The notes: a model not told the origin generated them from the letters alone. 64,000 nucleotides of DNA from Callorhinchus milii (GCF_018977255.1 NW_024704742.1:107758001-107822000), one strand, 5' to 3'; shown: positions 1 through 14,490, counted from the stretch's first letter. Program-made: numbers and translations.

Positions 1-947
1 GTCACAGAGGTAGGGTGGGGTGAGACCATTGAGAGCTTTGTAGGGGAGGAACAGGATTTTCAACTGGATCCTCTGATAGAGAGCCAATGGAGTTGGGCGA
101 GAATGGGGGAGATGGGGTCACAGAGTTTGGTGTGGGAGAGGGCACAGATTATCTGCAGAGTTCTGGATTATCTGCAGCCTGTGGAGGGAGGAGTTGGGAA
201 GGCTGACAAGCAGGGCGTTTGCATAGTCGAGCCTGGAGGTGATGAAGGCATGAACAAGAGTTTCAGTGGCCTGAGGGCTGAGGTAGTGGTGGAGTCGGGT
301 GATGTTACGGAGATGAGGGAAGGCAGAGAGGTCATGGCTTGAATGTGGGGGAGAAAAGACAGTTGAGGGTCGAACAAGACACCCAGGCTCCTGACTGGCT
401 GGTGAGTTGTAGTGTGCAACCGTGGAGGTTGATGTTGCCAGAGCCTGAGGTGCTGAGGCGCTGGCCGGAGCCAATCAGGAGAGCCTCAATCTTGTTCACA
501 TTCAACTGTAGGAAGTTTGCCCTCATCCAGGACTTGATGTCCAACAGGCAGTCTGTCAGGACAGCAGTGGTCCTGGAGTTGAGGGTGGAGGCAGAAAGAT
601 AGAGTTGGGTGTCATCCGCACACATGTGGAAGTTGACTCCATGTCTGCGGATAATGTCACCAAGGGGGAGCATGTAGATATTAAAGAGGAGAGAGCCAAG
701 GACAGAGCCCTGGGGGATGCCAGACGTGACAGTGCGGAGACTGGAGGAGAAACCGTTAGAGGCAACGAAGTGGAAACAATGAGAGAGATAGGATTCGATC
801 TAGGCAAGGGCAGGTCTGTGAAGGTTAAGTAAAGAGGAGAGGCGGTGTATGAGGATGGAGTGGTCGACAGTGTCGAAGGCGGCAGAGAGGTCGAGGAGAA
901 CAAGAAGGCAGAGGGAGCCCTGATCATAGATGTTCAGAATGTCATTA
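1..947 (-). mobile_element. L2-clade LINE fragment (ORF2 reverse transcriptase, frameshifted)
   Basis: Minus-strand ORFs 332-673 ([25 protein letters not shown], a degenerate YADD motif) and 118-474 (LVHAFITSRLDYANALL) are typical L2 RT and C-terminal motifs. Confidence 0.9.
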
Positions 948-3067
948 GTAGTCCACACTCTCACTGTTACTCTTCCACACTCTCACTGGTACTGATTCAT
1001 GTCTTTGATGATTTCCACGGTGTTCAATGTGTAAATATATTCAGGAATAATAAAAGAAGAGAATGGAAAAATGTTAAAGTTTAATCATAATTCTTTTTAA
1101 CTGACTTATTTTTGAAGTACTCAAGGGCAGGATCCCCTCTTTAAAATATAGTATTCATATGCAATTTGTGTGGCCGTTTAATGGAGATTAGCATGGCATT
1201 TGTAGCTTTTTCTTTTTCTAAGCAAAATATACACTTGAATAATAAACCTGAAGCTTTCATACACTGAAATCTAACAGACTCCAAGCACTTCAACAATAAT
1301 AAAATAACTTCTCATGCAGTGAGTTTGCAGTCAGGGTTTGTATACTTTATCTGATCAAAGACACATTGTCCAATTATTCCTGAGCTTCACATATATGAAA
1401 ACCTAGTCACACCTGGTGATGATCTTGAAAGTTTATGTAATAGTTTTTATGAAAATGTAAAGGGGTTGATAAAAATAACTGCATGACTTGTGTTAATATC
1501 TTATTTCACCAAAGGTTTCTGAATACAATACAGTTGTGATTCATTTTATTTTAAAAAAAACATAAAATGAGAAAATACAAAAGTTCAAAAGTCCTTTCAG
1601 GTCATTGACTGAGTTTCTTCTAACAGTTAATGTACAAAATTGTACTCGATCCAATTTATTTCATCTCCTGAGAAATATGAACAAAAACATCCAAGAAGAT
1701 AAAGCTCTGTGAAATTTCTCCTTGACCCCTTGAAAACTAGTCTAGTGAAACTGCACAACACTACTCTAACATTGCAATCTACATTATTTAACCCTGACTG
1801 GTTCCATTGCTTTCCTCGGTTGACATTTCCACTCTCCCAATAGCACTGGAACCACAGTATTCTAGGGCATATTTGATCATCTTTAGCTTCACTATACTCA
1901 ACTATTCATCTCAACAGATCTATAGAAGTTTTGACCCATAAACAGAAGTTTGGCCATTTATCATCAAATTCTGCTTCATATATGCATTGTGGATTCCTGT
2001 GTTAAAATGATTATAGCCAAGACAGTTTTCAACCCAGTGAGCAAATGTTACCATTAGCCAGTAGACGATTTGCAGGTCCATCGAAACGTTACATTCAGTT
2101 TTCCTCCTTTTGTTTAAAAACGAAACATTTTTCAAGTTACATACCATGGTTATTATTAATATTCGACTAATAAAGGAGCAGCTTTGTTACTGTATTATTC
2201 ACCTTATAAAACTAAACATTTACATATAATTTTAAATTAATACATCAAACATTTCACTTCATCTCGACTCCTCTTTTTTCCTTTCTCATTCTCTTCTATT
2301 TTTAAAATTATTTTTACTCTAATTCCATCTTATGTACCATATTCTATCCACTCTGACCCATTTTTTGTTGTAAGAAACTATTTAAAACGTTTTACTCCAC
2401 TTACTTTTTGATCCCAATTTAACTCTTTAACTCTTCATTTTAGAAATGAAACGAAGATTCAAATAAGCCGCCACTGTTTGACTGACAATGGTGTCCGTCC
2501 GACAGAAATTGGCTCACACAAAATTCAAGCCAGTCGCAATGAAGATTCCATGCTTGTTTCATAGACATGCTCAGAACACAATGTTCTGGCTCTGAAAGCT
2601 GCTATTGCTCAACATAGGATTCTTACCAAGGGTTAATTGATTCCTTTTAACTTTCTTTAAAAGGCTTTCATGCAAAACTTTATTAGATGCCTTCATGAAA
2701 CAAACTGGATAGGACAGGCCCACCAATTTAGTTTTCTCCTTGAAGAATTTTATTACCATTGTGAGGCATAATCTATTGTCTCTATACCAGAGCTAACAAT
2801 CTTTTATGGCCCCTATACTTGGATGAACATTTAATAGCATCATTCCAAAACACATTCCATCCCAGCTTTATCCCTTTTATTGAATGTTGAATTTACAGTC
2901 ACTATTTCTCAGCTCCTGCATGTCCTAAAGGTAGTGAGAGATTCACTTATATTTTCATTCCTTGAGAATATATCCTATCTTATTTCAAGTGAAACATTGA
3001 TATTTAGAGCAAAATATGCCCCATGTTGCTCACAGGAGAACAATTTTGCATTTATATTGTGTTTTAA

Positions 3068-3582
3068 TTGAAGGTGGCAAGGGAGGGGGCGAGGTGGAGG
3101 GATTGCTGAATGGAGTTCTAGAGGGTGGGGCGAGTGGCTGAAGGCATGCCCACGAATAGTGGGGCAAGCAAGGCAGGGAACGTGAAGCAGGCTGGAATCC
3201 ACTAAGCGGAGGGAGCGGGCAGGATGGTAGGGAGTTAGGATGTTGCAGAGGTAGGGGGGACCAAGGCATGGAGGGCTTTAGAAGTGAGGACTAGGATCTT
3301 GAACTGTATCCTCTGAGTGATGGGAAGCCAGTGGAGTTGGGCAAGGTTGGGAGTGATAGGTTCGCGGAGCCTGGTGCAGGAGAGAACATGGGCTAAAGAG
3401 TTCTGGATGATCTGCAGCCTATGGAGGGAGGAGTTTGGGAGGCCGACAAGCAGGGAATTTGCATAATCAAGCCTGGATGTTATGAATGCATGTGTGAGAG
3501 TCTTGGCAGCCTGCGGTGTGAGACAGTGACGGAACCGGGCGATGTTGCGGAGGTGGGGGAAAGCGGAGCGGGTCATGGCACA
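3068..3582 (-). mobile_element. L2 LINE fragment near the 3' end
   Basis: ORF 3235-3576 contains HAFITSRLDYANSLL...LHWLPITQRIQFKILVL. Confidence 0.9.
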
Positions 3583-4008
3583 AATACTGTAGCAGTACTG
3601 TATGAAAAAGCTGGTTAACTTATTGTATTATTGTACTGCAATAAAAAAACTTGACTTGTCCAGTGGATTTTTCAATTGTGTACTTCTCCACATCGAAATG
3701 TGTTCTGAAAGGACAGCAGTTTGGATAATTGATCTGTCTGGGTAAAATGTGTTCAGATTGACTTCAAGGTGTATCGACCATATTAACTGGCTACTGAAAA
3801 CTCTCTGATTTGTAGTGTGTGGAAACTGAGGACCTCTACTGGAGTCCATCTGAATTGCTTTATTCATTCCAATTTCTCTTCCACAGGTTTCAACTGAAGA
3901 ATTCTTCAGATTCAAAATGTTGCTTAATTGTTTATCTTTTCCTGTTTAATCTGTGAAATCTGAAAACTACTGACGGCTCCATTCTGTGTACCAACTATAT
4001 AAAAACAT

Positions 4009-4200
4009 TGTGGATGCTGGATCCATTCACATTCTCAAGACAGAGGTAGATAGATATTTGTTAGGTCAGGGTATTAAGGGATATGGGGCAAGAGTGGGTA
4101 ACTAGACTTGAGGTACAGATCAGCCATGATGTTATAAAATGGCGGAACAGGCTCAAGGGGCTGAATAGCCTACTCCTGCTTCTATGTTTCTATGTTTCTA
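4009..4200 (+). mobile_element. CR1 LINE 3' end
   Basis: Resembles the 3' end of the long CR1 at about 35530-35725 (ttaagggatatgggg...ctgaatagcctactcctgct) and ends in a (ttctatgt)n tail. Confidence 0.8.
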
Positions 4201-7200
4201 TTTATCATGTGTCATATAAAATGTGGTGATGAAGAATGGTCATTTGAGTGAGGTACTAGAAGGTAGCAGGCCTTCACAGAGCTGAAGTTATCACCTGCAG
4301 GAGAAGGAAGGAAGAGAAAAAAAAATTTGAAGCAACTTTCACTTTTTCCCAAAAGATTGTGTGCATCTGCATGGAAACGCCATTATGACTTATTAAAGTT
4401 AAAAATTCTGAGCTGGAGAGACATGCAGGCGATGTGTAAATTTCTGGATGTTCCATTTGTCTCTGATTGTGTGTCACTCTAAATCTTTGCATGAATATAA
4501 ATAAATGTCAGCAACACTAGCATCAATTGTTGATAGCAAGAACATCTTTTCCACTTTAGTTCTTTCACAAGCCGTCAACTCTAGACTATATTTATATTCA
4601 GTGCCAATGACTGACGCAGAAACCCTTTGACAAGTTATCGAAATATTCTTTTTTCAGAGCGTTAGCAGAATCATTTTTTGTATCTGAGTCGAATAGGAAA
4701 TCGAATAAATTATGCAAATGAAAGGCCACTGAATAACAAAAATGTGTTCAGTGATTTGTATCTCCAGAAAACTAGTATAAAAAAATCAGTCAATGTCTGT
4801 CAAAAACAACACCGCAATGTGCGAGTCTAGAATGGCCACACAATTTGAAATTAGATTTACCAATTAGTTTTGGAGTCCAGGAGTCAATGCACAGCAGTTT
4901 CATCTTGGACGAAATTGGGAATGCACAAAACTACAAGCTACTAACTGGAGCCATGCAGTCATTTAGTGACGGTGCTGTGGGCAGGAACACCCAGGACCAG
5001 TTGTGAGGCAGTGGAGAAATAGAATGTGGCACATTCCTGTAAAAGAGAGGATCAGGTACAGTGACCAGAGAGTGGAGCCAGAGTCTGAGTCATGAGAAAA
5101 GAAAGAATTAGCAAAGGGACGTGAGAGAATGCCACAGCAAGTAAAAGAACGTGCAAGACTGACTCCGAAGGCAAAGAAGAAGAATATGTTCACAATTGAT
5201 ATGTCCGGGCCATTTTCTTCTCAAACCATTATTGAAGATAACTGTGACTTCCTCTTCCTCCCTGTAAGATTGTCACTATCTACTCCATCATCATGGCTTC
5301 TACTGGTCTGGGAGAAGGCAACAACAACAATTGTTTTACATTTGTATAGCGCTTTTCATGTGAGGAGGGTGTCCCCAGAACTCCTGCCACCTGCTGCTCC
5401 CCTGATACTTGCTTCCCATCTTCACTGCCACTGCTTAGGGATAATAATGAAAAACATGTTCTGCACTTAATGTAACAAACTGCGCATTAAACCTTTTTCC
5501 AAACCAACATATATGGCCCTTCTAAAATGAGCTTTGAGTATATTGGTACCAAATCTAACCACCATAAAAACAATGCTTGTCTTAATGCAGAGAAAATGGA
5601 TGGAAGGACTATTTCATTATGTGTTGAGTTGTCTGAGTATAATAATGATAATAATACTTGAATTAAACAATAAAACAACAGCTGAAAACAATAAAACAAT
5701 ATTCTACTCTCCAGACTTCACTGGCTTGTGTCTAATGATTCACTTTTTTTGTTGATCTCAATCAAATTATGGAATCCAACAATTGCAGAGCTGATGTCTC
5801 AATTAATGCAATGACTTACAGTTTGCGCATATCACATTTTTGATTCCTCTATGTATACCGTTAAACAGGCAACCTTCGTTTTGAGTCAAAATCAGGAATC
5901 AGGATTTCAGCCCATTATGGTCTCTTATAACTCCTGGAAGAAGCTGCCATTTTTGGGAATCCTTAAAAAGAAATTGGGTTTCTTTTTAAGGATTCCCATT
6001 GCAAATAGTTGTGTTTTCTACTTCAACAATTTACAGTAGGGGAAAGTTAGAACTAAGGTTACCATAGGTAAGTTTTGAAGCAGGATGTGAAGTCAGAAAG
6101 AGAAGGGGTTTGATGGAATAGTAGAGAGAGCGATTTCAAGAGGTATGAGGTGTAGAATATGAAAGCTCAACCACCGATGGTAGCACAGATAGGCCGGAAA
6201 AGCCCAAGTTAGTTGAGTGGATATCATTTGAATTCTGAAACCTAAATGTCAGTCTTTAAATAATCTGATTTCACATTCTGCACTTTTTTAAAAAAGTTAA
6301 GAAACTTCTTGTTTAATTGTGTTAAGGCTCCGAGCTTAAGGTGATGTAAGAAATAAGTTTTACCCCGTTCAATGTAATTTGGACACTCAAGGATTAAAGT
6401 AATGTATGGCAGGCACCAGAAGATTACACAAGTGTTTTTCTGCAACTCCACACTGGATGTATACAGTCAGCAATGATTATCAGAACATTGTAAAAGAGAT
6501 AAATAATGGACAAACAAGTTACATTTTCTCCAAGTGACATTCATCAATGGTGGAATGAAGTTGGTGCAGAGGAAGCCAATCCTAGGTACCGGAGGATCCT
6601 GAAAATTCCTCTCTGTAGGGAAACTGCCCTTCTAAATATATTTTTACCTCTATGTCGAGGGGAATATTATAGATAGAATGAAATGAAGTCCCTCCAGACA
6701 TTGTTTCACCCTTTGTTACTAGTGAAACTCTTTGTACAGGTTTGATAAAAATAGTATTGATAATTTTGGAATGACAATATTTGGCAGAAAAAGCAAATGC
6801 TGGCTTTGGTGTCACACAACTCCTTTTGTTTCTGATTCTTTTTACTTTGCTGAGCTATAGGCTAAACACCATTGATTCTTTATAACTGAAACGAACTTGA
6901 CTGAGGTTAAGATGGTGATAAATCTTTCATTTGGTTGTTGCGCTTTGTTACACAGACTCTTGAAGGATATGCAATATGTTATCATCACTGTGAAGCATAA
7001 TGCTACTTTTAAACATGAATGTTGCCCAGCAGCTTTCCTGCTTCATGTGTCCTATATCCACACTCTAGGGTTTATGTGCTTGATATCCAATAAAGCATTT
7101 TAACCACAAGCTGGCAGTGGCATTTCAAGCACTATGTTGTGCATAATAGGCTTGTTGATAGTTCTTATTTTGGTTTGACATATCTCATTATTCCTTGATT

Positions 7201-7499
7201 CTTAAGAACAACGTACAACTATCACTCTTTAATCTATCTGTGTAGTTTTGAGCAATACACGTTATGTAAGGCAATGCAGAAATAGAGGACATTTTAAAGA
7301 TGATGCCATTCACTATATACACAGTTGAATGTAGTTCATGTCAGATTCAATTGAACAATGGTCAGGAAGCATTTCTTCTCATAGGGTGACAAGCAACTCA
7401 ACAAATTACAGGAGTTACTGAGAACGCAATTTGTATGAGAGAATATTTGTATTTTTACTGGTTATTCAACCTCTGGTTTCAATGTGATTGTTTGTTTTC

Positions 7500-7723
7500 T
7501 CTTTGACCGAGCCTTCAGCTCCCCTCTCGACTCTCTTCCCCCTCCTCGCTCCCTCCCTTCCCTCCCCTCACCCTGACCATTTCCCCCTCCTCGCTCCCTC
7601 CCTTCCCTCCCCTCACCCCGACCATTTCCCCCCTGCTCGGGTCATGACCCAACTGTGCAGCGCCTTGGGACGTCCTCCAGACGTGAAAGGCGCTTTATAA
7701 ATGGAATCTTGTTGTTGTTGTTG
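7500..7723 (+). mobile_element. L2 3' end with an internal ~45-bp tandem duplication
   Basis: agcgccttgggacgtcctccagacgtgaaaggcgct followed by a (gtt)n tail; the segment ccctcctcgctccctcccttccctcccctcacc occurs twice. Confidence 0.8.
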
Positions 7724-8409
7724 ATGGGATGAACAATAGGTACTTATCAAAGCTTGAGGGAATCCATTCATAACAACAGTGTAATATTATATTACCTGTG
7801 ATATGATGCAATTTGCTGTTGTTCTTTGCTCTGTTTTTCATGGTAATTTAGTTGTTTTTGTCCATCATCCTGGTTATCAATACTCTCACCTGGTATACAT
7901 GATAGAGATGAAAAAGGGGTTGAGAGTGCACTCCCACTAAGAAACAAACACTTTTTACATATTATTAATATTGCATTTTCTCACAACTTTGGTAAATGCT
8001 CAGCCACAAACAATTGCTCCCTCCAAATTCAACATGAACATGAGCTTTCCGACAAAGTGGAGCTGAGTTTAAATAATTATTCACACATGTATTGAATTTG
8101 CTTTACTGTGGTTGAATGTTGTGCTCCTCAAGGGGAATTATATCAGTGGTGGGGAATGAAACACTTCTTCCACTTCTGTCAACTAATGTCAGTAACAAGC
8201 ACTTTTAGATAAGGCATGATATTGCCACGTAACAATTGGGTCTAACTTGCAGTCTAAACTAAGAGATTCCTTAAGAATTGCATACATGTGGTTTCTGTTT
8301 GTCTCGTACGGTAAGCACATTCTCTCCCCAGAGAGACGCATCATACTTACCTAAATTCTGAAGAGTTTAAGTTGGCAAGAGCCAAGACCACTCATTATCT
8401 TCTTTTTTT

Positions 8410-8645
8410 GTCAGCCTGGCTCAGTTGGTAGCACTCTCACCTCTGAGGCAGAAGGTTGTGGCTTCAAGCCCACATCATTGTAATGGAATTCATATAGTCT
8501 AGGCTGAGATTCCAATGCAGTGCTGGGGGTGTGCTGCATTGTTGGAAGTGCTGCACTGAGATGGGATTTTAAACCAAGTTGAACCTGACTTTAAACTCTA
8601 CCTGTTCAGATGGATGTTAAAGATCCTGTGGAAATATTCAAAAAG
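8410..8645 (+). mobile_element. Old tRNA-headed Deu-domain SINE
   Basis: Head ggctcagttggtagcactctcacctctgag, then the Deu-like core gtgctgcattg...ggatgttaaagatcc. Confidence 0.7.
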
Positions 8646-9349
8646 ATTAAGAATTTGCTGTGCATCAGTGCAGTACATGATATAGCACTGATCACACATT
8701 CTGGCTGTAGAGATGATAGAACAATTCTCTGAAGACCTTCAAAGCGACAGACAAGAACTAACATTGTTTGTCAGAAGAAGACTCCTTCTTCCAGCAAATA
8801 ATTAGATTGGTGATCAACTCAGTTAACTTGTTGGGTAACACAGAAGCTCTACGCTGCCAAAAGGGAATTAAAAAACAGAAACAGAATCAGCTGTGAATAA
8901 CCCAAGTGTAATTCAACCTTATTGCTGAACGCACTCTGCATATGGCTGGACACCCTTCTTGTTACTAAACCGTGTTCGTAAGAGGCACTTAATGTGGTTA
9001 AATGATACAAAGGTATTAAGATACAGCAGCAGTTTAGTAGACAGTGCAGCAGACTTGTCTTTGTGTACACCAGTGAAAGTCTTCAATCACTTGCAAAGAC
9101 AACACTGAATTTACGTACAGGAACATTTTCAGCTATTGCAAATGTTGTAAAGCTTTTTCAGTATCTATGCCAAGTAGCCAATTCACCTGCAAATACATAG
9201 TTACTATACATGCTACCAAAATCCTGTAATGCACGTTATGATATTTCGACGAGCTAATCACACAATAGCAAATGCAAGGATTACAGCTCAGCCAGGTACC
9301 TGACACATTCAGAAACCCATCATCCAGATTAAGAGTATTGAAACCTGAC

Positions 9350-9780
9350 TGAGAGTTCCACATATATATGCCACCTACACATGGAAATTTCTCTGTGACT
9401 AGAATGGAATATATTCGCTAATTCTGGAAAGTAGTTTAGCAAGAGCCAAGGCTTGGGGACCCCAGAATGTGTGTTGGGTTACTGTCAAAATTTAACAAGC
9501 TTACCATTAAGAGCACTCTCTGACAAGTCTCCTGCTGCTTATCCAGCGAGGATCACCCTACCTTTTAAGGTTTTGGTTTGCAGGATTAACAGTAGCGGAG
9601 TGGGAAGAATCCCTGCTCCCAGTGATAGGTCTACCCCTCCATGTCCTTCTAATGAGCCGGGCTGGCTGGTCTGTTCCTGGAGCACTGTGGTCCCAGACTA
9701 TCGAGACCGTTGCAGAGGATTGACTTGATTTCAACATTTGTGGCGAGCATGTCACCTTGGACCCAGCTCAGCCACAAGAC
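9350..9780 (-). repeat. Unclassified old interspersed repeat (same family as 57980-59170)
   Basis: The reverse complement shares ccccaagccttggctcttgc and tttcca(c/t)gtgtaggtgg with 58970-59100. Confidence 0.6.
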
Positions 9781-10082
9781 CCAATTTGCACTTACCTAGT
9801 ATGGGTCTCCTTCCAGTACTGGAAGTACACGATCCTGACCCACAGGATCTTTGCCCAGAAGTAGCAGAAGGAGTTCTTACATTTTATGGAAAGTATTTCC
9901 AGTATTGTGACTCGGAGACAATCTAAAGGAATACTGTTAAAAATATGTGACAATTTAGAATTATTATTTTCTTCTCTGTAACAGCTTGAAAGGGAAAGCA
10001 AAAGAGAAAGGAAAGACTATAAATGGGATTCAATTTGCAATTATACCTCACAGCAGGCTGTGGGCATTGAATGCTCATTTAT

Positions 10083-10400
10083 GTCAGCTTGGTTCAGTTG
10101 GTAGCATTCTCACTTCTGGGTCAGAAGGTCAGGGGTTCAAGCTCCATGGAATACTGGGAAGTGCTGTACTTCTGATGAGTGTAAAATTGCTGTTACTTTT
10201 GTCTTTTCTTCAAGTGGACTTTGACGATCCAATAACATTATTCAAAAAGAGAAGGGAGTTTCTCCAAGTCTCATCCAACAATCCACCAGAATTTCATGTT
10301 TGCAACACGGCATATACCCTCAAAAATCAACCCCTGCATACAACAGTAATTATTGTAAAGCTCTTTGAGACATTTCAGAATTATAGGCTCCATAAATAGC
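10083..10400 (+). mobile_element. Old, degenerate Deu-domain SINE
   Basis: Head ggttcagttggtagcattctcacttctg, core ttcaaaaagagaagggagtttctcc and an L2-like tail. Confidence 0.6.
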
Positions 10401-11514
10401 TTTATTCTTCTTATCTTAACTCCATGACCTCACACACAGTAGCATTTTATACAGATTTTCTTCTTGGGAAAATGAGTGGTAGGGTGGTTAGGGAATCCAT
10501 GATAGGCTGTCAATGGTTAGTGATTAATAGGTGTTCAGCATTTTCATGTTCAGTATTTTCTTACAATTTGAAATATCTAAGAGCAACCTAACAACAATTG
10601 AATCACTCTTTCCTCCCTCTATATTGGCCAGAGTCTGATATGATTCCACATTGGATGTCCTTGAAACTGTTTGATTTTATATTGCTAATCCTATGTACAA
10701 TTTCTACAATTTATCTCCCAACATCTCAGTCTCTGATCCAGCTTTTACACTCAAGAGTTCAGTCCATCAGATGATTAACCCTTGATCTCATTAAGTCTAA
10801 TAATTCGCATCTGATTTCGAATGAACCTAACAGAACCATGCTTCCATGTGATGTGGTGCCTCACCGAAGCACCAAGACTGTAATTGAGAGTTCTGGTGGA
10901 ACCCAAATCTGCGTACACTATAATTTTAATTTCACTGCTACAGCCACATCCGTCCTGCATCATTTGTCATGCCAGACTCTGAATGCAACTGGAGTGAACA
11001 GCTGGATTCATCTAGCTAATGGATATTCTCTGTTCTTGTTTTTTTGTATATTTGCTTGAAGAAAATATCCCAACAGTTGTGAAATTGATCTCAGTGCCTG
11101 AGGAAAATCAGGAAAAAAGACGACTAAAAACAGATTAGACGTGCTACTAAGGATTATCTTCACTGCAATCGGAAAGCAGGCATAAAGAACCTAGTACAGA
11201 GTGCAGTGAGGCAAGATGCTTATCCCATCACTGCCAACCTTCTAACAAAAACACTGAACACTGCATAAAGTCATTTTTGTGCTTGCACCCGAACACACAA
11301 GGGAAAATTATGTCACTGACCCTTTAGGACATCGATACAGAAGCCTCTTGCTGTGGCAACGATACACAATTTGTGAAGGAAAAGCATGATTTATCATTTA
11401 CCTCCTATCATTTACCCAGTTCATTTTTCAACCTGGCTTCCTCATTAATGGAAAAGAACAAATTGCCAACAATGTCTAAATTCAAGAATCTTAAGAGGTC
11501 TGCAAACTCCTAAC

Positions 11515-11838
11515 TCATAGAATCATAGAATTATACAGCATTGAAGGAGGCCATTCGGCTCATCATGTCTGTGCCGGCTCTTTGAAAAGAGCTATCCAAT
11601 TCAATCCCACTCCCCCGCTCTCTCTCTATAGCCCTGCAAACTTGTCCTCTCCAAATAATTATCCACTTCTCTCTTAAAAGTTGTTTCCGAATCGGCTTCC
11701 ACCACCCTTTCAGGCAATGCACTCCAGATCCGAACAACTTGCTATGTGGAAAAATTTCTCCTCACCTCCCCTCTGTTTCTTTTAACAACAATTTTAAATT
11801 GGTATCCTCGGGTTACTGACCCACCCGCCAGTGGAAAA
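11515..11838 (-). mobile_element. CR1 LINE 3' end
   Basis: (catagaat)n tail and ggaggccattcggc; the same family occurs at about 40686 and 52466. Confidence 0.8.
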
Positions 11839-12645
11839 CTCACAGCTTTAAATTGATACAGCCAGATACGAAAGCTACAGTTCGCCCAGCTTGTCTTTTG
11901 GACCCTTCACTTCCCAGCATTGAACCGAGGTGATGAGATGAGATTAATCATTGTCGACCTCATTTTTTGCCTGAGAGTGTAAATTGAATATCAGACTCTA
12001 CCAATGTATCTTCTGGACTTCCCTCAACTAATCTTGCGCAATCATAAGAGAGAAAAAGCAGTATGTGAAATGCATTTGTACTACCATCTGACCAAACATT
12101 CAAAAAAGGCAGTGGTCTCTGTTGATCATTAAACTGAATTAGATTATTTTTTCTCTGCTCCTGGGATTGTTACCATTAATAAATCCCTTTATTGTGGTGG
12201 AGACTGGACAAGCAGCCCAAGGCTTTCAGCTTGAACTAAAAATATATGCGTCAGTCTCAGCTACCAATAATCTCAGTGACTTTTCATCTCCTGATGTGGA
12301 AATGTTGAGAACTGAAACAGAGCTGATCTCTATCTCTGTGGTCTGCACACTCTTGGATTTCTTAATGTCAACAAAAGAATTTCCTGACAGGAAGATGTAT
12401 GTAGCAGGTATGATCAGGACAGAGGTTAAGAAATATGAGACAACTGCCTTGGGCTCAGTTTGGTCTGATTCAAAAGGGAATAATAATAATCCTTGCATTT
12501 GATAAAGCGCCTTAACACGTCTTCAAGATGTCTCAAAGCACTTCACAGAATATACTGTAAAGTGAATTGACTGTATATTTTGTGGGCAAAATGTGTCTAT
12601 GCCAAAGCCAGAGTTGTATATTTTCCTTTCTCCCCTTTTCACATT

Positions 12646-13011
12646 GTGGAGCTCAACGGTTAGAGGACTCGCCTCGCAAGCAAGAGACCTGGGTTCAATT
12701 CCCAGCAGGGCCAAATGTTGGGTAAGTTTTCTTACTCCACATGCCTCTGTTTACCTAACAGTACATAAGAATCCGGTTGTTAGTCGATTGGCAGATCGCT
12801 TTTCTAGGGGGAATAAGTCCTTCAAAAAAAATAAACAAAAATTGGTCACTTCAATCCACGATTGTTTGTGGAACACTGCTGTGCGCAATTGGCTACCGCC
12901 TTTCGCCCACAAAATATACAGCCAATTCACTTTACAGTATATTCTGTGAAGCGCTTTGAGACATCTGGAAGACGTGATAAAGCACAATATCAATTGCAAG
13001 GATTATTATTA
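12646..13011 (+). mobile_element. tRNA-derived SINE (older subfamily), next to an inverted SINE tail at 12479-12592
   Basis: B box gggttcaattccc, family body, and tail caattgcaaggattattatt. Confidence 0.85.
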
Positions 13012-13074
13012 TGGTTGGTACCTCCTTCTTTCCCCATCAAAATTTCCCCTCCAATTTACTTCTGAAAACATTTG

Positions 13075-14031
13075 AAGAAGAAAATAGAAGGGCAACACTT
13101 TTGTTCATCTGGTGGAATGTCTTCACATCAGAATATATTATTGACTGAAATGTTTTACAAACTCTAATCCTCTCGTATTTGTTTTGCTTTTTCTCCACTG
13201 TGAGTATCTCACTAAAATGAACAGTTGAACAAACTAAGTAAATATATGCTTTCCTGTAGCTCTGCACTGCTTCTATTGAATTACAGTTCCACTGGTGCTG
13301 GGGGCTCTCTATTTATTAAATTTGAATACTGAAATTCTCAGTGGTGTTACGAGTCAGCAACATTGAAACTGTGGGCTTCAAACAGGATTTGCCTCAATAT
13401 AATCACCCATCATCAAAGACGCTACTTGTAACCCTAATAGGAATTGCAGCTCTTTGTTGTCTTTAAAACCCCTTCCTGACTGAGAGATTTTTGTGAACTT
13501 TTATGCACAGTTTTATGCAAGAATAATAATAATAATCCTTCCAGTTGATACCACACCTTTCACATCAGGAGAATGTCTTAAAGCACTTCACAGGATTTAC
13601 TATAAAATGTAGTGACTGTGTGTTATGTGCAGCAGCTAATTTGAGCACAGCAACATCCCACAAACAATCCGTGAAGTGCATGATCATTTTTTATTAAACG
13701 CTCCACACTCAATAGGAATTGGATACTATCCAAATTTATTTCACATAAAGTAGAAAGAATAGGTTTAAGAGCAGCATGTTAACTCATCATGCCACTTTGT
13801 TCCTCCAAACTGTTTATTTTCCTGAGACACAATAGCAGCGTAGAGCTACAGGGAAGCGTATATTTATTTAGTGTGTTCAACTGTTCAGCTTTAGTGAGAT
13901 ACTCACAGTGGAAAAAAAGCAAAACAAGCATGAGAGGATTAGAGTTTGTAACACATGTCAGTCAATAATATATTCTGATGTGAAGATATTCCACCAGATG
14001 AACAAAAGTGTTGCCCTTCTGTTTTCTTCTT
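13075..14031. repeat. Inverted repeat with ~200-bp arms (13075-13279 and 13830-14031) and a ~550-bp spacer
   Basis: agaagggcaacacttttgttcatctggtggaat and cttcacatcagaatatattattgactga are exact reverse complements of segments in the right arm; the arms are about 90% identical overall by eye. Confidence 0.9.
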
Positions 14032-14490
14032 TGAGACATTCCCTGGAATCAGAATAAGGTATAGTTTCAAAAGTGCTGGTAACAATGGCCAGCGTGGCAG
14101 CACAAACAATACCCATTCACACAAGCGAGATCCAAGTCAACATCCTTGACAACCAAACAGGGCTCCAGCACACTGATAGCCAAGTAAGGTACCGTATAGC
14201 TTGTCTCAATAACTGGTTTCATACGACAAGAGAAAAGACCCCACAATGTACACTGTAGAAAGCCTCTTATATTCAGCTTCTTTCAATAGAAATCACATCA
14301 AGACAACACTACAGTCTGCTTCAACTCAGATGAGCTGTTCTCTTGTTTATTTTGTGTTGAATGTGTTTTTTTNAAATAGAATATTGATAGAATATATACT
14401 TACACTCAAATCAAATACATAATTCCCATAACAGAAAGAAGAACTCAACTCCTATTATCCCGTTACAGTACCCAACAGCCCCTTAATAAA

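Noticed and set aside
2444..2563. Acceptor plus short open frame (NETKIQ...SMLVS*) as the last exon of a gene to the left
   Set aside because: An isolated candidate with no recognisable homology and no partner exon in the window.
12167..12502. Overlapping 111-aa (+) and 90-aa (-) ORFs in non-repeat sequence
   Set aside because: No recognisable homology, one end runs into a SINE tail, and splice signals are plausible on both strands. It cannot be called without transcript data.
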